A stretch of DNA of 64,000 nt from Thermodesulfobacteriota bacterium (lineage in GTDB: Bacteria; Desulfobacterota_D; UBA1144; Nemesobacterales; UBA2774). Position numbers and translations under genes: made by a program. The DNA is taken from assembly GCA_965223335.1 (NCBI GenBank), contig OZ244991.1, forward strand, positions 2,144,001 to 2,208,000, given 5' to 3'. The notes below the pieces were generated by a model. That model worked only from the letters and a program-made list of their open reading frames with translations, did no database searches and had not been told where the DNA came from. Positions 27,229 through 37,749 of the stretch are shown piece after piece; position 1 is the first letter of the stretch; every line of letters starts with the position of its first letter.

Positions 27229-27750
27229 ATGATTGATGTGAAGGACTATATAAGGGGGATACCGGACTTCCCCAAAGAAGGGATTGTGTTCCACGATATC
27301 ACACCGCTGCTGCAAAACGCCAAGGCCTACGAGAGTGCCGTGAACCAGATGGCCGAGATGCTGGACGGCCACGAGATCGATTACCTGGTGGGTATAGAGG
27401 CCAGGGGATTTATATTTGCGTCGGCCCTTGCGATGAAGCTCGGCACCGGTCTTGTAATCGTAAGAAAGCCGGGCAAGCTACCGTACGTTACTATTAACGC
27501 ATCGTATGACCTCGAGTACGGCTCCGACACCCTTGAGGTGCATAAAGACGCAATTCACAAGGGGGGCAGAGTGGTGTTGGTAGACGACCTGCTGGCCACG
27601 GGGGGCACGGCAGCGGCCGCAGGAGAGCTTATACGAGAGCTTGGGGGCGAGGTAGTGGGATACTGTTTCTTAGTGGAACTTACCGAACTTAGGGGGATAG
27701 AAAAGCTTAATCCCCATAAGGTCTGGTCACTCGCTAAATACGACGTATGA
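27229..27750 (+). CDS. apt: Adenine phosphoribosyltransferase
   Basis: IPDFPKEGI, EARGF, VRKPGKLP, VDDLLATGGT. Confidence 0.97.
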   Translation: MIDVKDYIRGIPDFPKEGIVFHDITPLLQNAKAYESAVNQMAEMLDGHEIDYLVGIEARGFIFASALAMKLGTGLVIVRKPGKLPYVTINASYDLEYGSDTLEVHKDAIHKGGRVVLVDDLLATGGTAAAAGELIRELGGEVVGYCFLVELTELRGIEKLNPHKVWSLAKYDV

Positions 27751-28727
27751 AAACAGTTGGGTTAATACTCAATCCGTCTGCTAGGAAGAACAAAAGGCAG
27801 ACCCAAAACAAAATAGATACATTCCAATCCATGTTCGGCGACCGGGGCGTGGTATATGTGACATCCGAGAGTTCCGAGGTGGGGGACGCCATAGAAAAGC
27901 TCAGGCGAGATGGCGTGCGGGTGCTCTGTGTGAGCGGTGGGGACGGTACTCTAAGCACTGTGCTTACCACATATATAAACAGCTATGGGGACCGGGAACT
28001 GCCGCTGGTTGTACCGCTTAAAGGCGGTACGATAAACATGATAGGGGCTGAGTTCGGCTTGTGGCAGGACCAGGTCAAGGTACTAAAGAAGCTTCTTGGT
28101 TACATAGACGATGACAAACCTATCCCTTACAAGTCCAAGAGGCTTATAACGGTAAGCGACGACCAACTGTCCGATCCCATACACGCGTTTACATACATAG
28201 ACGGGCTAATGTTTAGGTTTATGAACGAGTACTACACGCAGGGGGCCGGGCACGAGGTGGCCACGATGCTCGCACTTAAGTATGTGGGGCTTGCCGTGTC
28301 TAACCCCGACCACAAGATATTCCGCGAGGTGGACTCATCGGTATACGTCGACGGTAAAGAGATACAGAAAGACGGGCACGTGCTGATCATAGCTTCTGTG
28401 CTAGACAAGTTTGTGTTTGGGTTCGATATATTCACGAGCCACGACCTTGGGGATAAGGGGTTTCATTTTGTTTATATGCGCCACCCCTATCTGAAAAAAT
28501 ACCGCTACAAGATCCCCCTCGGCCTCTATAAGGGGCTTAAGTCGGATGCTGACGGGGATTTTCTCAACACTCACACCGAGAGCCTTAGGATAGAGCGTAA
28601 TACCGGTTACATTGTGGACGGCGAGATATACAACACCGATACCGAAAGGAGCATTGAACTTGTTTTAGGCCCGAAAGTAAATATATTTTCTGTAAAGAGC
28701 ACGGAGTATTACAAACTGGATAGCTAG
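27747..28727 (+). CDS. Diacylglycerol kinase catalytic-domain protein
   Basis: ILNPSA, GGDGTL, GGTINMI, YIVDGE. Confidence 0.85.
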   Translation: MKTVGLILNPSARKNKRQTQNKIDTFQSMFGDRGVVYVTSESSEVGDAIEKLRRDGVRVLCVSGGDGTLSTVLTTYINSYGDRELPLVVPLKGGTINMIGAEFGLWQDQVKVLKKLLGYIDDDKPIPYKSKRLITVSDDQLSDPIHAFTYIDGLMFRFMNEYYTQGAGHEVATMLALKYVGLAVSNPDHKIFREVDSSVYVDGKEIQKDGHVLIIASVLDKFVFGFDIFTSHDLGDKGFHFVYMRHPYLKKYRYKIPLGLYKGLKSDADGDFLNTHTESLRIERNTGYIVDGEIYNTDTERSIELVLGPKVNIFSVKSTEYYKLDS

Positions 28728-28738
28728 GTGTGTGAGAG

Positions 28739-29836
28739 ATGCCGCAAATACATGTAGACCTTAACAAGACCACTGACAACTCGTACGATATTGTAATCGG
28801 CCAGGAGCTTTTGGGCCGTATAGCGGAGGACATTGCTGCTGCGACGCTCGGGCACAAGTACGCTGTGATTACCGATAGCAATGTAGAGAAATTGTATGGG
28901 ATAGACCTTTTGGACGAGCTTCTGGAGAGGGGGCTCGATGCGTGCATGATCCCCTTCCCCGCCGGTGAGCGTTATAAATCGCGTGAAACTAAATCAATGC
29001 TCGAGGACAGGATGCTTGAGCTGGGTTTTGCCAGGGATTCGGCAATAATAGCACTCGGCGGAGGAGTGCCGGGTGATATTGCAGGTTATGTGGCTGCTAC
29101 ATATGCCAGGGGCATCCCGTATGTGCAGGTACCCACGACATTGGTCGCGTGCGTGGACAGCTCGGTCGGGGGTAAAACAGCGGTGGACACCCCGCACGGG
29201 AAAAACCTGATAGGGGCGTTTCATCAACCCTGGCGGGTGTATGCCGATATCGACACCCTAAAAACGCTCTCTCGAAAAGAGATGCGTGAGGGGCTGGCAG
29301 AGGTCATAAAATACGGTGTCATATGGGACGGGGAGCTGTTTAAGTTTCTGGAAGGCTCGCTTGACCTGGTGTTTGGTTATGAAAATGAGGCGCTCGAATA
29401 TATTGTAACCAGGGGCTGTGAGATAAAGGGCGAGGTTGTGGAGCGGGACGAGCACGAGTCCAACCTGCGCAAGGTACTAAACTATGGCCACACCGTGGGG
29501 CACGCTGTCGAGAACCTGTCTGATTACACGATCACACACGGTGAGGCCATATCGATAGGGATGGTGGCCGAGGGCAATATAGCAAGCGCTATAGGGCTTA
29601 TTTCGCAGGACGAGGTAGAGAGGATAAAGGCATTGCTCGCCGAGGCAGAGCTGCCCACAGAGATGCCCCCGGACCAAGATATTTCGGAGATAATAGAGGT
29701 GATGAAGCTCGACAAAAAATCCCGCGGGGGGCAGATAGAGATGGCGCTACCCCAAGAGATCGGTGTTATGTCGTCGCCCGGGGACAGGTACGGAATTGCG
29801 GTCGAGGAAGATATAATCCGCACTGCTATTGCTTAG
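28739..29836 (+). CDS. aroB: 3-dehydroquinate synthase
   Basis: ALGGGV.GD, PTTL...VDSSVGGKT, KNLIGAFHQP, LNYGHT.GH, HGEA. Confidence 0.97.
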   Translation: MPQIHVDLNKTTDNSYDIVIGQELLGRIAEDIAAATLGHKYAVITDSNVEKLYGIDLLDELLERGLDACMIPFPAGERYKSRETKSMLEDRMLELGFARDSAIIALGGGVPGDIAGYVAATYARGIPYVQVPTTLVACVDSSVGGKTAVDTPHGKNLIGAFHQPWRVYADIDTLKTLSRKEMREGLAEVIKYGVIWDGELFKFLEGSLDLVFGYENEALEYIVTRGCEIKGEVVERDEHESNLRKVLNYGHTVGHAVENLSDYTITHGEAISIGMVAEGNIASAIGLISQDEVERIKALLAEAELPTEMPPDQDISEIIEVMKLDKKSRGGQIEMALPQEIGVMSSPGDRYGIAVEEDIIRTAIA

Positions 29837-29854
29837 CACTAATAAAACGAACAG

Positions 29855-30463
29855 ATGGACCAGATACTCGACGTTACAGAGCAGATTCTGCCACTCGACC
29901 TGGGTGTGGTGTTCGGCAACCAAAACCCCTATGTGCTTGAGATAGGGTTTGGCGACGGGGAGTTTTTGGTGGAGATGGCCGCAAGGACCCCCGAGCGCAA
30001 TTTCGTGGGGATAGAGGTTAAGCGCCGCCGTTTTCTGAGGGGAGTCAAAAAAGCAAACCGGGTCGGGCTAAAGAACATAAAACTGCTCCACATGGAGGCA
30101 GAGATAGCGCTTTGGGAGGTTTTCGGGGGCCCGCAATTCTCGGTGGTCTACATTAACTTCCCGGACCCCTGGCCCAAGGAAAAGCACCTAAAACACAGGA
30201 TAGTAAACCGAGAGGTAATGGGCAGGATATCCGAGCTTATGCTCCCAGGTGCAGTGCTTGAGATCGCGACCGACCACAAGGACTATTTTGCAAGCAGTGT
30301 CGATGTCGTGGGCTCGATGGACTGTTTTACCAACGACACCCCGCCGCCGGGATATGTGAACGAGATTCCTGGGCGGCCCTATACGAAGTATGAAACGGGC
30401 TATAGGGCAGAGGGGCGCGAAATCTATTATATGGTGCTTCGCAATGTTGCCGATCATACTTAA
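29855..30463 (+). CDS. trmB: tRNA (guanine-N7)-methyltransferase
   Basis: LEIGFGDG, INFPDPWPKEKHLKHR, ATD, TKYE. Confidence 0.95.
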   Translation: MDQILDVTEQILPLDLGVVFGNQNPYVLEIGFGDGEFLVEMAARTPERNFVGIEVKRRRFLRGVKKANRVGLKNIKLLHMEAEIALWEVFGGPQFSVVYINFPDPWPKEKHLKHRIVNREVMGRISELMLPGAVLEIATDHKDYFASSVDVVGSMDCFTNDTPPPGYVNEIPGRPYTKYETGYRAEGREIYYMVLRNVADHT

Positions 30464-30550
30464 AATGCGGGATATCAGACATAGAGGGAATATAATTAAT
30501 CGATTAATCAGGTACAATAATACTCAGGTCTGCGAAGGAGGAATAAAGGA

Positions 30551-30841
30551 ATGCATAACCCATTTAGGAACACTATTTTAGTAATGCTTGTGGCCTCGAC
30601 CTTAATGCTCGGCGGCTGTGCCGGGGGCGGGGGCGGAGCCGGGTACTGGTTTCATATCCTATTTGTAATAATACCCATGGTTGCAATCGGCGTGTATCTG
30701 CTTAAACGCACCGAGGCAATGAACGATTCTCTATATATACTAGAAGGTCAGTTAAAGAGGCTTAGCTCTAAGATTGACTCGATAGAAGAGAAAGTTGCCA
30801 AAAACCAAAAACCCGAACCGAAAAAACGCACCAAGAGCTAA
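30551..30841 (+). CDS. Small membrane lipoprotein with coiled-coil tail
   Basis: Lipobox LGGC; TM helix; RBS present. Confidence 0.7.
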   Translation: MHNPFRNTILVMLVASTLMLGGCAGGGGGAGYWFHILFVIIPMVAIGVYLLKRTEAMNDSLYILEGQLKRLSSKIDSIEEKVAKNQKPEPKKRTKS

Positions 30842-30843
30842 GA

Positions 30844-31449
30844 TTATTTCTCTTGTTGTTTCTTCTTTAGCGCCTCTTGGTTCCTAAGCGCTTCCATCTG
30901 GTACTGTACGGGCACATTACCCAGATCGTTGGTGGCGTTCACTGTGCCATCATCGTCGGTCCATGTAAATAGTCCGCCTTTTACACCGGGGGTAGTGAAA
31001 TCCCCGTCTTCTGTGGACGAGAAGTCTTGGTTAGGAGCAGGGCCTTCGGGCGCTTCTCCCCTTGCGTTTGCTTCCTGCTCTGCTTTTTTTGCGGCCTCTT
31101 CTGCTTTGGCTTTTTCCTCTGCCTCTTTAGCTGCAAGGGACTCGTTTATCTCGGTGTTGGTTCTTCTTTTGGTGGTAGTGCCCAATGTGCCAGCGCCGTC
31201 GCGGTTGCCGCTCTCTGTGGTGCTGTCCATGGTGGATAGCCCATAGGGATTTAGGTTGTCGCGCGGGGTTACCATGTATTCGGGGAAATTAGGGGGTGGA
31301 GCACCTCCTGGTGCAGCAGGTGCCGGTGGTGCGACGTTGCCTCCGGGCGTGCCGGTGCTCTGTGCAAACACATTGGTAGGACTAAAAGAAATTGATATAG
31401 CTAAAATTGTACAAACGGTTAAAAAACCGTAGATATAACGCATCATCAT
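30844..31449 (-). CDS. Exported Pro/Thr-rich protein with C-terminal DUF4124-like motif
   Basis: Signal peptide; LFTWTDDDGTVNATND. Confidence 0.7.
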   Translation of the reverse strand: MMMRYIYGFLTVCTILAISISFSPTNVFAQSTGTPGGNVAPPAPAAPGGAPPPNFPEYMVTPRDNLNPYGLSTMDSTTESGNRDGAGTLGTTTKRRTNTEINESLAAKEAEEKAKAEEAAKKAEQEANARGEAPEGPAPNQDFSSTEDGDFTTPGVKGGLFTWTDDDGTVNATNDLGNVPVQYQMEALRNQEALKKKQQEK

Positions 31450-31577
31450 GCCTCCTTAATGCTTATACTAAAACTATACACCCGAATGCTGAATTCACAA
31501 TCAATAATTAATTAATAGTAATTAAGGGTAATATTAGCACAAATAGGTGTGGGGAACAATATGTTTATAAATTAAAG

Positions 31578-32126
31578 TTATCTATTAACTATGGAGTGCA
31601 ACTCATAATAATATAATGCGCATATTACAAGAGAGTGTGTGATTTTTGCATCCCTCACCAGTGAGCGGAAGTCAGAGGCGGGGTGAAGCACAGTGGTTAT
31701 GTCTTCGGTGCCGTCGAAGCTCGGTTCCGCGGATTTTACGGCGTCGCGGGCCAGGAATGTATGGCAGCGGTTGCTCTGGATGGCGGGGTTGGGTTCAACC
31801 AGCCCTAAGAAGTGCCAATCGTCAGAGGAGTATCCCGTTTCTTCGAGAAGCTCTCTCTTGGCGGCCTCAAGCGGGCTCTCGCCGGGGTCTACCATGCCCC
31901 CTGCGACCTCGAGTGTAACACCCATGACACCGTGGCGGTACTGCTCGATCAGTACAAGCTCGTTATCGGTGGTAACGGTGACCACGTTTATCCAGTCGGG
32001 AGCGTCTATGACAAAAAAGTCGTGTTCTTGGCCGGTATGGGGTGAGACGCTTACATCCTTTCGTGTAGAGAACACTCTATTTGTTGTAAGCGGCTCTGTT
32101 TTTACTCTGTTCCAGGATTTGATCAT
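31578..32126 (-). CDS. Nudix hydrolase (ADP-ribose pyrophosphatase-like)
   Basis: Nudix box GMVDPGESPLEAAKRELLEETG; EQYRH. Confidence 0.93.
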   Translation of the reverse strand: MIKSWNRVKTEPLTTNRVFSTRKDVSVSPHTGQEHDFFVIDAPDWINVVTVTTDNELVLIEQYRHGVMGVTLEVAGGMVDPGESPLEAAKRELLEETGYSSDDWHFLGLVEPNPAIQSNRCHTFLARDAVKSAEPSFDGTEDITTVLHPASDFRSLVRDAKITHSLVICALYYYELHSIVNR

Positions 32127-32174
32127 GGCGTGTAACTATCCTCCGTTAATAGATAATAGTGGGTTTTGTGATTC

Positions 32175-32924
32175 TCAGCGGGTTATCACGGCTCGTAGGC
32201 TCTGTTGGGTGTTCTCAGAGTACCAGACCTCGACAAATTCCTTTATTGTGGCTTGGTCGGTGTCCTTTACACTCTTAATAACATCGGCGCGGAGCATCCG
32301 TTTGGCACTCGCAAAGGCCTCGGGGTTACGCGATGCAAGCTCTCGGGCCTCTTCGAGTGAGCGGGACCCAAGCTCCTCAGGGCTGCATATGGAGTCTACA
32401 AGACCTGCTTTGAGTGCCTCCTCGGCCGTGTGCATACGGCCCTCGTAAACAACTTGTTCCGTTGCCCTGGTGCCGAGTGTGTATCTAATGATACCGATGG
32501 CGGACGCAAATAGCGTGGCCCCTATCGCGACCTCGTTAAGTGCTATTTTGGGTTTGCCGGTGGCCATTATCCTTCGGTCTGCGCATAGTGCGAGCAGGCA
32601 CCCCCCGGCTGTGGCGTGCCCGTTTATAGCGGCCACAATGGGCTTGGGGAAAAGAAACATTTGGTGCAGCAGGTCACGGAAGCTTAGCACAAACCCGAGG
32701 AATTCCTTTTTTTCGTAGCCCAATATCTCGCCTATATCGAAACCGAAGGAAAAGAAACTGCCCTCGCCCCCGAGCATAACCGCCCATACGTCTTCGTCGT
32801 TTTCCATACTGCTTAAGTGTGTTGCGAGATCGGCTAAAACATCGTGGTTAAGCGCGTTTATTTTAGGCCTGTCTATGGTGAGTACGGCAATTTCATCTAT
32901 TCTGTCTTGTCTGATATGCTTCAT
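32175..32924 (-). CDS. Enoyl-CoA hydratase/isomerase family protein
   Basis: FSFGFDI, PKPIVAAINGHATAGG, ALNEV. Confidence 0.92.
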   Translation of the reverse strand: MKHIRQDRIDEIAVLTIDRPKINALNHDVLADLATHLSSMENDEDVWAVMLGGEGSFFSFGFDIGEILGYEKKEFLGFVLSFRDLLHQMFLFPKPIVAAINGHATAGGCLLALCADRRIMATGKPKIALNEVAIGATLFASAIGIIRYTLGTRATEQVVYEGRMHTAEEALKAGLVDSICSPEELGSRSLEEARELASRNPEAFASAKRMLRADVIKSVKDTDQATIKEFVEVWYSENTQQSLRAVITR

Positions 32925-33069
32925 GTGTACGGGACCATGTAATTTGGCTTGTAAACCTATCCATTATCACACCACTAAATAGTTTTTTCAAGAATTACAG
33001 GTTTATTAAAGCGTATTTTGCAGTTAATATTAAGAGAGTAGTTAGATTTTATTTTACGGAGGAATTCGA

Positions 33070-33456
33070 ATGAGAATTAAGATTATGGAGCTTGTGTTGG
33101 TAGTGGCGTGTGTGGGGTTGTTTGCAACAGGATCGTTTGCAGAACAGAAGGGAGACGCGGCAGCGGGTAAAGAAAAATACAACCAAATTTGTGCCACATG
33201 TCATGGTGCCACGGGTAAGGGCGACGGCCCCGGGGCCGCAGCACTCGAGCCCAAACCGAGGGACCTGAGTGACGGTGAGTACGTATCTACACTAACAGAC
33301 GAACACATATTTAAGGTAATCAAAGAAGGTGGTGCGGCAGCCGGATTGTCTCCGATGATGCCCGCGTGGGGCGGTGCACTGTCGGACGAAGACGTGTGGA
33401 ACGTTGTTGCCTTTATAAGGACTGATGTCTGTGCGTGTGAGGCAAAGGCCGAGTAG
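33070..33456 (+). CDS. Periplasmic monoheme cytochrome c
   Basis: Signal peptide; CATCHG..GKGDGP; MPAWG. Confidence 0.93.
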   Translation: MRIKIMELVLVVACVGLFATGSFAEQKGDAAAGKEKYNQICATCHGATGKGDGPGAAALEPKPRDLSDGEYVSTLTDEHIFKVIKEGGAAAGLSPMMPAWGGALSDEDVWNVVAFIRTDVCACEAKAE

Positions 33457-33498
33457 TCAGCGAACACCTTAGAGTTGTTGATCTAAAGGAGGTTGGTC

Positions 33499-33687
33499 AT
33501 GGGGAATAGGTCGTATGCAAAGGTGCTCAGGGGCATAATGTTTGTGATTGCCGGAGTAATGGGCGGGTGTGCGTGGTTTAGCCCGGGGACTCCCGAGGAC
33601 CCGAATGCTGTGGGCGCCCCTACTGCGCCCGAGGTAATCCGAGAGGGATACGAGAGCGGTAGTGACTACCCAGAAGAGAATTTCTAG
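33499..33687 (+). CDS. Small lipoprotein
   Basis: AAGGAGG RBS; lipobox MGGC. Confidence 0.6.
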   Translation: MGNRSYAKVLRGIMFVIAGVMGGCAWFSPGTPEDPNAVGAPTAPEVIREGYESGSDYPEENF

Positions 33688-33801
33688 TGTCGATTGATAC
33701 TCATCGGCGCGTCTGAATAAACCTATAGAGAGCCAGGACTCTTTTGAAGATTTTTAGTCTGATGTTACAATCTTGCCCTTAGTTTCATATACATATATTC
33801 T

Positions 33802-33893
33802 GGAGAGGTGACCGAGCGGCCGAAGGTGCACGCCTGGAAAGCGTGTAGGGGGTTAACGCTCCCTCGAGGGTTCGAATCCCTCCCTCTCCGCCA
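33802..33893 (+). tRNA. tRNA-Ser(GGA)
   Basis: GGAGAGG/CCTCTCC acceptor stem; anticodon arm CACGC-CT-GGA-AA-GCGTG; long variable arm; GTTCGAATC; CCA end. Confidence 0.97.
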
Positions 33894-33957
33894 GGTGATC
33901 GCCCGGCGTTTATCGGATATAGTTATACGGAATACTTTGAGATAGAGAGTTAAATTT

Positions 33958-34062
<105 letters not shown>

Positions 34063-34075
34063 TTATCGGAGCCCA

Positions 34076-35725
34076 ATGTCCTATTTAGTATTGGCAAGAA
34101 AGTGGAGGCCGGGATCTTTCGACGATATCATAGGGCAGGACTTTATCCGGGATACCCTGAAAAACGCGGTCGAGACCAAAAAGATCGCACACGCTCTAAT
34201 ATTCTCGGGCCCAAGAGGCGTGGGTAAGACCTCAACAGCGAGGATAGTGGCAAAGGCGCTTAACTGCCAAAGCGGCCCTACTCCAGAGCCCTGCTCCGAG
34301 TGCGTGCACTGCAAGGAGATCACCGACGGTAAATCGCTCGATGTACTCGAGATAGACGCCGCATCGCATACCGGTGTAAACGATGTGCGCGAGATAATAG
34401 ACAACGTCAAGTACCTGCCGTCCTCGGCAAGGTATAAGATCTATATAATAGACGAGGCTCATATGCTCTCGCAGTCGGCTTTTAACGCACTGCTAAAAAC
34501 ACTTGAAGAGCCCCCGCCGCACGTGGTGTTTATACTGGCTACAACCGAGATTCACAAAGTACCGGTCACCATACTTTCGCGCTGTCAGCGCTATGATTTT
34601 AAGAAGGTAAGGCTTGGGGTTATGGAGCGTAGCCTCACCCATATTGCGGGGAGCGAGGGCATAAAAATCGATCCCGAGACCGTAAGCCTTATTGCGCACG
34701 AGGCCGACGGCAGCGTGCGTGACGCGCTTAGCCTGTTTGATCAGCTAATAGCCACTTTTGGCGACGTGATAAAGCACGACGAGGCCACCGACACGCTCGG
34801 TATCCTGGACCGCTCTATACTAAGGTCGCTATTGTCCGCCATAGTAGCTAAGGACCCGAAATCGTCACTAGGGCTCATTCAACAAGCCGCCGACAGAGGG
34901 GTTAGCGCAAAGAGGATGGCACAAGACCTGCTGAGGGCGATCCGTGCCGCAGCCATAATTAAGACCTGTGGGGACCAGGACATTGACCTATTGTCAAAAG
35001 ACGACACCGAGGACATAAAGAGACTCACACAGGGTACGACAGAACAAACACTCGAGATGCTTTTTGGGCTTATGCTTGAAGGTGCCGAGGAGTTAGAGAG
35101 GTCGTACTACCCCGAGCTTGTGCTCGAGCGCACCGTGCTTAGGCTCTGTATGGTAGAGCCCACATTGCCCATAGACGATATACTCGAGAGGCTGGATAAA
35201 CTTTCAAAACAGATCGGCGGCGGTACCAAAGAGGACCGATCCCCTACCCCATCTCAGGATCGCGATGAACCTACTAAAGAAAAACCTGCTAAAAATGAGG
35301 CCGCAGAGCCCACTACAGAGGCCAGAGAGAATACGCTTCAGACCGGTGCCGAGAATAGCGAGGAGTTTATGGATTTTATGAAGCACAAGTACAGGTCCTT
35401 GGCCACGAGACTTGATCAGGCCGAGAGTCTTTTACTTGAGGGTGATACTCTAAAGATCGTAATGCCCAAGGACTCGCTAAGCTCGGCGCACTTGAGAAAA
35501 AAGGACAACAACACCGCGCTTAAGCGGGCACTAAAGGAGTATCACAAAAGGGATATAGGGGTTGATTTGAGCGAGAGTGCCCAGACCGAGGCGGCAAAGA
35601 GGGAGGCTAGAGAAAAAAAACTCTTGGAGACGAAAAAAAAACTGGAAGATGACCCGATTGTCCGCGAGGCGTTGGAGATGTTCGGCGGCAGGGTCTTAAA
35701 AATTAAACCAAAACACAAGGAGTGA
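34076..35725 (+). CDS. dnaX: DNA polymerase III subunit gamma/tau
   Basis: SYLVLARKWRP, GPRGVGKT, EIDAAS, FNALLKTLEEP. Confidence 0.98.
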   Translation: MSYLVLARKWRPGSFDDIIGQDFIRDTLKNAVETKKIAHALIFSGPRGVGKTSTARIVAKALNCQSGPTPEPCSECVHCKEITDGKSLDVLEIDAASHTGVNDVREIIDNVKYLPSSARYKIYIIDEAHMLSQSAFNALLKTLEEPPPHVVFILATTEIHKVPVTILSRCQRYDFKKVRLGVMERSLTHIAGSEGIKIDPETVSLIAHEADGSVRDALSLFDQLIATFGDVIKHDEATDTLGILDRSILRSLLSAIVAKDPKSSLGLIQQAADRGVSAKRMAQDLLRAIRAAAIIKTCGDQDIDLLSKDDTEDIKRLTQGTTEQTLEMLFGLMLEGAEELERSYYPELVLERTVLRLCMVEPTLPIDDILERLDKLSKQIGGGTKEDRSPTPSQDRDEPTKEKPAKNEAAEPTTEARENTLQTGAENSEEFMDFMKHKYRSLATRLDQAESLLLEGDTLKIVMPKDSLSSAHLRKKDNNTALKRALKEYHKRDIGVDLSESAQTEAAKREAREKKLLETKKKLEDDPIVREALEMFGGRVLKIKPKHKE

Positions 35726-35729
35726 CAGC

Positions 35730-36056
35730 ATGAAATTTGGCGGCGGTAACATGAAAAACCTGCTTAAGCAGGCCGGCAAGATGAAAGAGCAGATGGAAAA
35801 GCTCCAGGCAGAAGCCGGGGAAAAAACTGTCGAGGCCACTTCGGGCGGGGGTATGGTCACGGTGATTGCAAAGGCCAAGGGCGAGATAGTGTCCATAAAG
35901 ATCGAGCCCGATATTGTGAGCGACGATGATATCGAGATGCTCCAGGACCTGGTGACCGCAGCAGTTAACGAGGCCCTTACCAGGGGACAAGACATAATGA
36001 AGGACGAGATGGCCAAAGTGGCAGGCGGGATGGGACTGCCTCCGGGTCTACTCTAG
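35730..36056 (+). CDS. ybaB: YbaB/EbfC nucleoid-associated protein
   Basis: SGGGMV, MLQDLVTAAVNEA; lies between dnaX and recR. Confidence 0.95.
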   Translation: MKFGGGNMKNLLKQAGKMKEQMEKLQAEAGEKTVEATSGGGMVTVIAKAKGEIVSIKIEPDIVSDDDIEMLQDLVTAAVNEALTRGQDIMKDEMAKVAGGMGLPPGLL

Positions 36057-36058
36057 TC

Positions 36059-36664
36059 ATGCGCCAAAAAGGTCTGCCCGAACCCATCGGAAGGCTTATC
36101 AACGAACTGTCGAAACTCCCAGGCATAGGGGAAAAGAACGCTACCAGGCTCGCGTTTCATATCATCCGGAGCCCTGAAATCTATGCCACCAACCTGGCTA
36201 GAGCCATTGCCGATACTAAAACCACAGTGCGCCTGTGTGAAAGCTGCTATAGCTTTGCCACAGGGTCTGTATGCGATATATGCTCGGACACTGAGCGCGA
36301 CGCATCTTCAATATGCGTGGTGGAGGAGCCCCTAGATCAATTAGCCATAGAGCGGAGCCGTGAGTTTAGAGGCAAATACCACATACTGCACGGTGTGCTC
36401 TCGCCCATAGAGGGTGTGGGCCCCGATGACCTTAGGATTAAGGAGCTGCTAGAGAGGATCAACAACGGGTCGGTACGAGAGCTCATAGTAGCTACTAACC
36501 CGAGTGTCGAGGGCGAGGCCACGGCAATGTACATAGCCAAGGTAACCAAACCGCTTGGGGTCGAGGTAAGCAGGATTGCCCACGGCATCCCTGTCGGCGG
36601 CGATATTGAGTACATAGACGAGATTACGATAAGTAAAGCGATTAGGAACAGGAAAAGCATGTAG
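36059..36664 (+). CDS. recR: Recombination protein RecR
   Basis: LPGIGEKNA.RLA, C4 zinc finger, ATNPSVEGEATA. Confidence 0.98.
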   Translation: MRQKGLPEPIGRLINELSKLPGIGEKNATRLAFHIIRSPEIYATNLARAIADTKTTVRLCESCYSFATGSVCDICSDTERDASSICVVEEPLDQLAIERSREFRGKYHILHGVLSPIEGVGPDDLRIKELLERINNGSVRELIVATNPSVEGEATAMYIAKVTKPLGVEVSRIAHGIPVGGDIEYIDEITISKAIRNRKSM

Positions 36665-36730
36665 TAATATTGCAGTATCACAGTTAGTTATGATGCATAG
36701 TTAAACCATTTACTAGGAGGGAATAGTGCC

Positions 36731-37180
36731 ATGCCAAGGATAGGTAGAGCGTTTAATGAGCTTACGGTCGGGGACAAGTTTACTGAAAGTATGACGATCA
36801 CGGAGAACCATGTGGTGAGGGCTGCGGGGTTGTTCAGGGACTTTAATGCACTCCACACAAACGAGCCCGACATGAAGAACTCGAGGTTCGGTACAAGGAT
36901 AGTGCACGGGGCGCTTACGTTCGGTCTTATGGTAGGGGTGTACAGCAACGTGTTTCACGATACGGATATATCGACTGTGGACGCCTCTATACAGTTTACG
37001 GCCCCGCTGTTTATCGACGATACGATCACCATGGAGTGGGAGGTAAAGGCGCTCGACGAAAAGAAGAAGCTCGACGGGGGGTTGGTGGACCTGGGGGGCG
37101 AGGTAAGGAACCAGGAAGGGACGGTGCTTGCAACCACAACGGCTAAACTGCTTGTAGCAAATAAAACAATATTTGAGTGA
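36731..37180 (+). CDS. MaoC-family hotdog dehydratase
   Basis: DFNALH, RIVHG, FTAPLFIDDTI. Confidence 0.9.
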   Translation: MPRIGRAFNELTVGDKFTESMTITENHVVRAAGLFRDFNALHTNEPDMKNSRFGTRIVHGALTFGLMVGVYSNVFHDTDISTVDASIQFTAPLFIDDTITMEWEVKALDEKKKLDGGLVDLGGEVRNQEGTVLATTTAKLLVANKTIFE

Positions 37181-37248
37181 TACAGGCGATTAAGCGGCTA
37201 CACGTTATTGTTTACTAATCGGCAATAAGTGATAACGGAGGGATTGAC

Positions 37249-37641
37249 ATGAAGTTTCTACATACGATGATCAGGGTCGGTGACCTGGAGAAATCGAAGA
37301 AATTCTACACCGAGGTACTGGGGCTTGTGTTCCATCGCGAGACCGAATACCCCGACGGGGAGTTCACACTGGCGTTTTTGGGTGAGGGGGGTGAAACGGA
37401 GCCCTTTTTAGAGCTCACTCACAACTGGGGCACCAGCAGCTATGACCTTGGGGACGGGTACGGGCACATGGCATTTGGTGTCGAGGATATATATGGGGCG
37501 TGCGAGAAGATCGAGGCCGCCGGGGGCAAGGTGATACGCCCGCCAGGGCCAATGAAGCACGGCACAACAGTTATTGCGTTTGTCGAGGACCCTGACTCGT
37601 ACAAGATCGAGTTGATAGAGCGCAAAGGAATAGTAATATAG
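37249..37641 (+). CDS. gloA: Lactoylglutathione lyase (glyoxalase I)
   Basis: LHTMIRVGDLEKS, LELTHNW, GYGHMA, DPDSYKIELI. Confidence 0.95.
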   Translation: MKFLHTMIRVGDLEKSKKFYTEVLGLVFHRETEYPDGEFTLAFLGEGGETEPFLELTHNWGTSSYDLGDGYGHMAFGVEDIYGACEKIEAAGGKVIRPPGPMKHGTTVIAFVEDPDSYKIELIERKGIVI

Positions 37642-37655
37642 CCTTGTATCCGGCA

Positions 37656-37694
37656 ATTTCGGGGCCTGATCCTTGTTTGATCAGGCCCCGAAAT
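37656..37694. terminator. Perfect 16-bp inverted repeat between convergent genes
   Basis: ATTTCGGGGCCTGATC-N7-GATCAGGCCCCGAAAT. Confidence 0.8.
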
Positions 37695-37749
37695 GCTCGG
37701 TTGTGTTGAGTTAGTGCTGCTTTGATTTATAGACCCTAAGTAAAATTCT

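Noticed and set aside
31693..32448. 251-aa plus-strand ORF, and similar ones such as 39436-40179
   Set aside because: Antisense to well-supported genes (Nudix/crotonase, rarA), Ser-rich, with no domain.
33802..33893. tRNA-Ser as an integration site
   Set aside because: Directly followed by ffs-dnaX; no integrase or duplicated tRNA 3' end seen.
37656..37694. Perfect palindrome as a REP or MITE
   Set aside because: Single copy between convergent genes; a terminator is the simpler explanation.
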